Source: an uncultured delta proteobacterium
GTDB taxonomy: Bacteria > Desulfobacterota > Syntrophorhabdia > Syntrophorhabdales > WCHB1-27
Direction of reading: 5' to 3'
Length of the DNA: 64,000 nt
NCBI GenBank assembly: GCA_963810935.1
Contig: CAWEPK010000007.1
Span: 288,001-352,000, forward strand
Position numbers and translations under genes: made by a program. The notes beneath the pieces were generated by a model that saw only the letters and a program-made list of their open reading frames with translations, was not told where the DNA came from and searched no databases. Numbering within the stretch: the stretch's first letter is position 1; each line of letters begins with the position of its first letter. Shown here in pieces: positions 61,524 through 64,000 of this stretch.

Positions 61524-62182
61524 GGGTGGGGCCGGGATCTTTTGGCGCCTTTCGCGTCGTTTTCTCGGGCGCGAGTCCTCACTTGCCACCCGCGCTTAGC
61601 AAGCTTGGAGCGCGGGTACCCGGCTACCGTTTTATATGCTGCGGCTCGCTTCGTCGAAAAGCAACGCGAACGACCCTTCCCTCCTCACGTCGGGCGGGTA
61701 CCCCGATCCAAAATCTCCCGGCCCCTTTTTCTTTAGCGCGTACCCGGCTTTCCACTGCATCCTCATACTTGCCGCTTTACTTCGTAACTGAGGCTGTGTC
61801 TTTTCGACAACGGAAAATATGTCGAAAACTATGTGGTATTAAAAAAAGACCACAGGTAATTCCGGATGGTGATCATCGTAGGCCACTGTGTGAACGGTGA
61901 ACAAAGACCGCAATTTTCGTACAGGAGAGGCGTGCGGATGCAAAAGTTATCCTTCGTATTCGTGCCTTCGACGGCTGTTTCGTCCTAAATAACAATCATT
62001 CTATCCCTCGTCAGTGATACATTTTGCTTGACACGATGTTTAATATACTGTTATATATTGGCTGCACACGGACATAGGCGCGAAAAAGTCAAAGGGTCTC
62101 AAGCGTTAACCCCCCAAGTATTTCATCAGAGAGACAGCCGAGCCGCCTGAGTCGTTATCATAAAACATCTTCGGGAAATTCA

Positions 62183-63001
62183 ATGGATGCATCGGTAATA
62201 AGAAAAGAGCTTATAGCGAGGGTGGACACGATCAAAGTTCTGCCTACGCTGAACGCAGTCATCGATAAGGTGCTCGCCGTGCTGTCGAACGACAACGCCT
62301 CCTTCCACGATCTGTTCGGCGTCGTGAAATACGATCAGGCCATGTCCTCCAAGGTAATAGCCATCGCCAACTCCGCGTACTACAGCAGAGGGGCGCAGAT
62401 AGTCAACCTGGAAAGGGCCATGATTGCCATCGGCCTCGACGAGATACGAAGGATCGTCATGTGCCTCGTTTTCCTCAAGGAGATGCTGAGCCAGTGGAAC
62501 CTGAGCAACGACGATCTGCTGTCTCTCTGGAACCATGCTTTGTCGGTCGCCTGCGCGGCGAAGATGCTGGCCGAAAGGACAATGGCCGAGGACCGCGAAA
62601 AGGCATTCACGGTGTCGATCCTCCACGACATAGGCAAGATCCCGTTTTACATGTACGGCGACCGCTACAGGCGCTTGCAGCAGGAGGCCCGCGACGGAGG
62701 CAAAGACATCTGCTCGCTCGAAAGGGAGCAGTTCGGCATCGACCACGCAGAGCTTGGATATTTCATATCGACCAAGTGGCGGTTCCCCGATGAATTCTCG
62801 GCGGTCATAGCGGGCCATCACGGAAGAGGCGAGGGCAAAAGCGCCCTTACAGGGATCGTCATGGCGGCAGACAAGTTCGTCGAAAACCCGGACGACGAAT
62901 CCGGGCCCGAGAGCCTCATCCTCCGAGAGGGGGCCGGGATAATCGAGGCGGAAACAAAGAAAATATCCGGGCTTCTCGGCGTTACGCCGGCCGATAAATA
63001 A
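62183..63001 (+). CDS. HDOD domain protein
   Basis: 'LPTL', 'ANSAYY', 'LHDIGK', 'DHAELG...W.FP...HH'. Confidence 0.9.
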   Translation: MDASVIRKELIARVDTIKVLPTLNAVIDKVLAVLSNDNASFHDLFGVVKYDQAMSSKVIAIANSAYYSRGAQIVNLERAMIAIGLDEIRRIVMCLVFLKEMLSQWNLSNDDLLSLWNHALSVACAAKMLAERTMAEDREKAFTVSILHDIGKIPFYMYGDRYRRLQQEARDGGKDICSLEREQFGIDHAELGYFISTKWRFPDEFSAVIAGHHGRGEGKSALTGIVMAADKFVENPDDESGPESLILREGAGIIEAETKKISGLLGVTPADK

Positions 63002-63425
63002 TCAACGACAACAGACGCTTCGCTTCTTTGCCGCATCACCGTTGTGACGTTTCATATATGCTTTATACCAACGACAAGACACCCCCAAGGGGCGAGGGAA
63101 ATAGAAGAGACGCCTTCTCCCTTCCTCCGTCACCCTGGCGGACGCCGGGGTCCAGGCGGCTCTAAGCCAGGAAAACCCTGGATACCGGCTTTCGCCGGTA
63201 TGACGGAGGGGAAGAGGCGCCTCATAGCGCGACCCCGCAGCAGGCGGGAGTCCGGCCGCCCGGAGCATTGGTTTAGCTTTTTCTCCTTGCCTTTTCCGCG
63301 TCCAAGGGCGCAACCACCACCGCTCATGCATTTCTTGCGACATGGTTGCGCTTTCCCGCCAACCGCGCCCATTTCCCGCCCTTTTGCTGTTGACACAACG
63401 GGCCTCCGGGCGCGATCATGTTACC

Positions 63426-64000
63426 GTGAGTCAGTCTTTTTGGGTCATCTTCAGCGTAGCCACCGGCATGTTCATGATAAGGATGAACAATTACAGCCTG
63501 AACGTCTGTCTGCCGGCAACGTCCAGGTATTTCCAGGTAGGGCCGGGGGCGATCTCCAGGACCGTCACCGCCTATCTGGTCGTCGTCACCGGCTCCTTCC
63601 TGGTGTTCGGAAAAGTCTCCGACCGCGTTGGCCCAAGGCCGGTCCTCTTGTGGGGCTTCGTTGTATTCGCCGCCGGTTCTTTCTGCTGCAGCATGGCGTG
63701 GAGGGTCGAAGCCCTGATCGGGTTCCGCGTAGTGCAGGGCGTGGGCGCGGCCATGCTCGTCTCCTCGGCCTATGCCATAGTGTCGAAGTTTGTCCCGCAG
63801 GAGCGCATCGGCATGGCTTACGGCCTCGTGTCTACTGCTGCCGCCGCGGGAATCGCCGTGGGCGCGCCTTTGGGCGGTCTCATCAGCAACTGGCTGTCCT
63901 GGAAATGGATCTTCCTGTTGAACGTCCCCGTGGGCCTCGCGGCAGCGGCAATGGGACTGAAGATACCGCATGGAAAAGGCACGCCGCTGCCGGAAGAATG
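63426..64000 (+). CDS. MFS (DHA2-type) transporter, partial, runs off the window
   Basis: Manual translation from GTG 63426: 'GKVSDRVGPR', 'FRVVQGVGAA', 'SWKWIFLLNVPVG'. Confidence 0.85.
   Translation, partial: MSQSFWVIFSVATGMFMIRMNNYSLNVCLPATSRYFQVGPGAISRTVTAYLVVVTGSFLVFGKVSDRVGPRPVLLWGFVVFAAGSFCCSMAWRVEALIGFRVVQGVGAAMLVSSAYAIVSKFVPQERIGMAYGLVSTAAAAGIAVGAPLGGLISNWLSWKWIFLLNVPVGLAAAAMGLKIPHGKGTPLPEE

Overview
64 kb of GC-rich DNA from an anaerobic bacterium; the gene content (hgcAB, OFOR, Mop-type oxidoreductase, UbiD, HDOD) suggests Desulfobacterota/Syntrophorhabdia-like, which is inference only. Left to right: (1) a catabolic cluster with a UbiD decarboxylase and BASS transporter, two divergent paralogous GntR/FadR regulators, a Mo aldehyde oxidoreductase, SDR, TRAP transporter and amidohydrolase; (2) an AT-richer TetR/hydrolase islet inside ~330-bp inverted repeats; (3) an exosortase E/CAAX-protease system with two 56-aa VPEID-CTERM mini-proteins (one missing from the ORF track) and a VPLP-CTERM surface protein; (4) M23 peptidase/bactofilin, an Abi-alpha/DUF2971 islet, DUF2844/DUF3443, queED next to a duplicated korB 3' end, OFOR and fba; (5) an integrase-less integron cassette array carrying defence-like genes; (6) an arsR/hgcAB/arsC mercury-methylation locus. 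In that locus HgcA has an in-frame N-terminal Cys-Sec extension on an apparently leaderless mRNA, and the gene downstream of arsR reads through two in-frame TGA codons to give a candidate UxxU double-selenocysteine protein, the top finding. The rest is Fic, MORN, PDZ/TPR, HEPN-like, acyl-CoA dehydrogenase, DUF362, M29 peptidase, HDOD and MFS genes plus several dispersed repeat families. About a dozen single-base frameshifts are probably sequencing indels. All calls come from reading motifs by eye; no searches were run.
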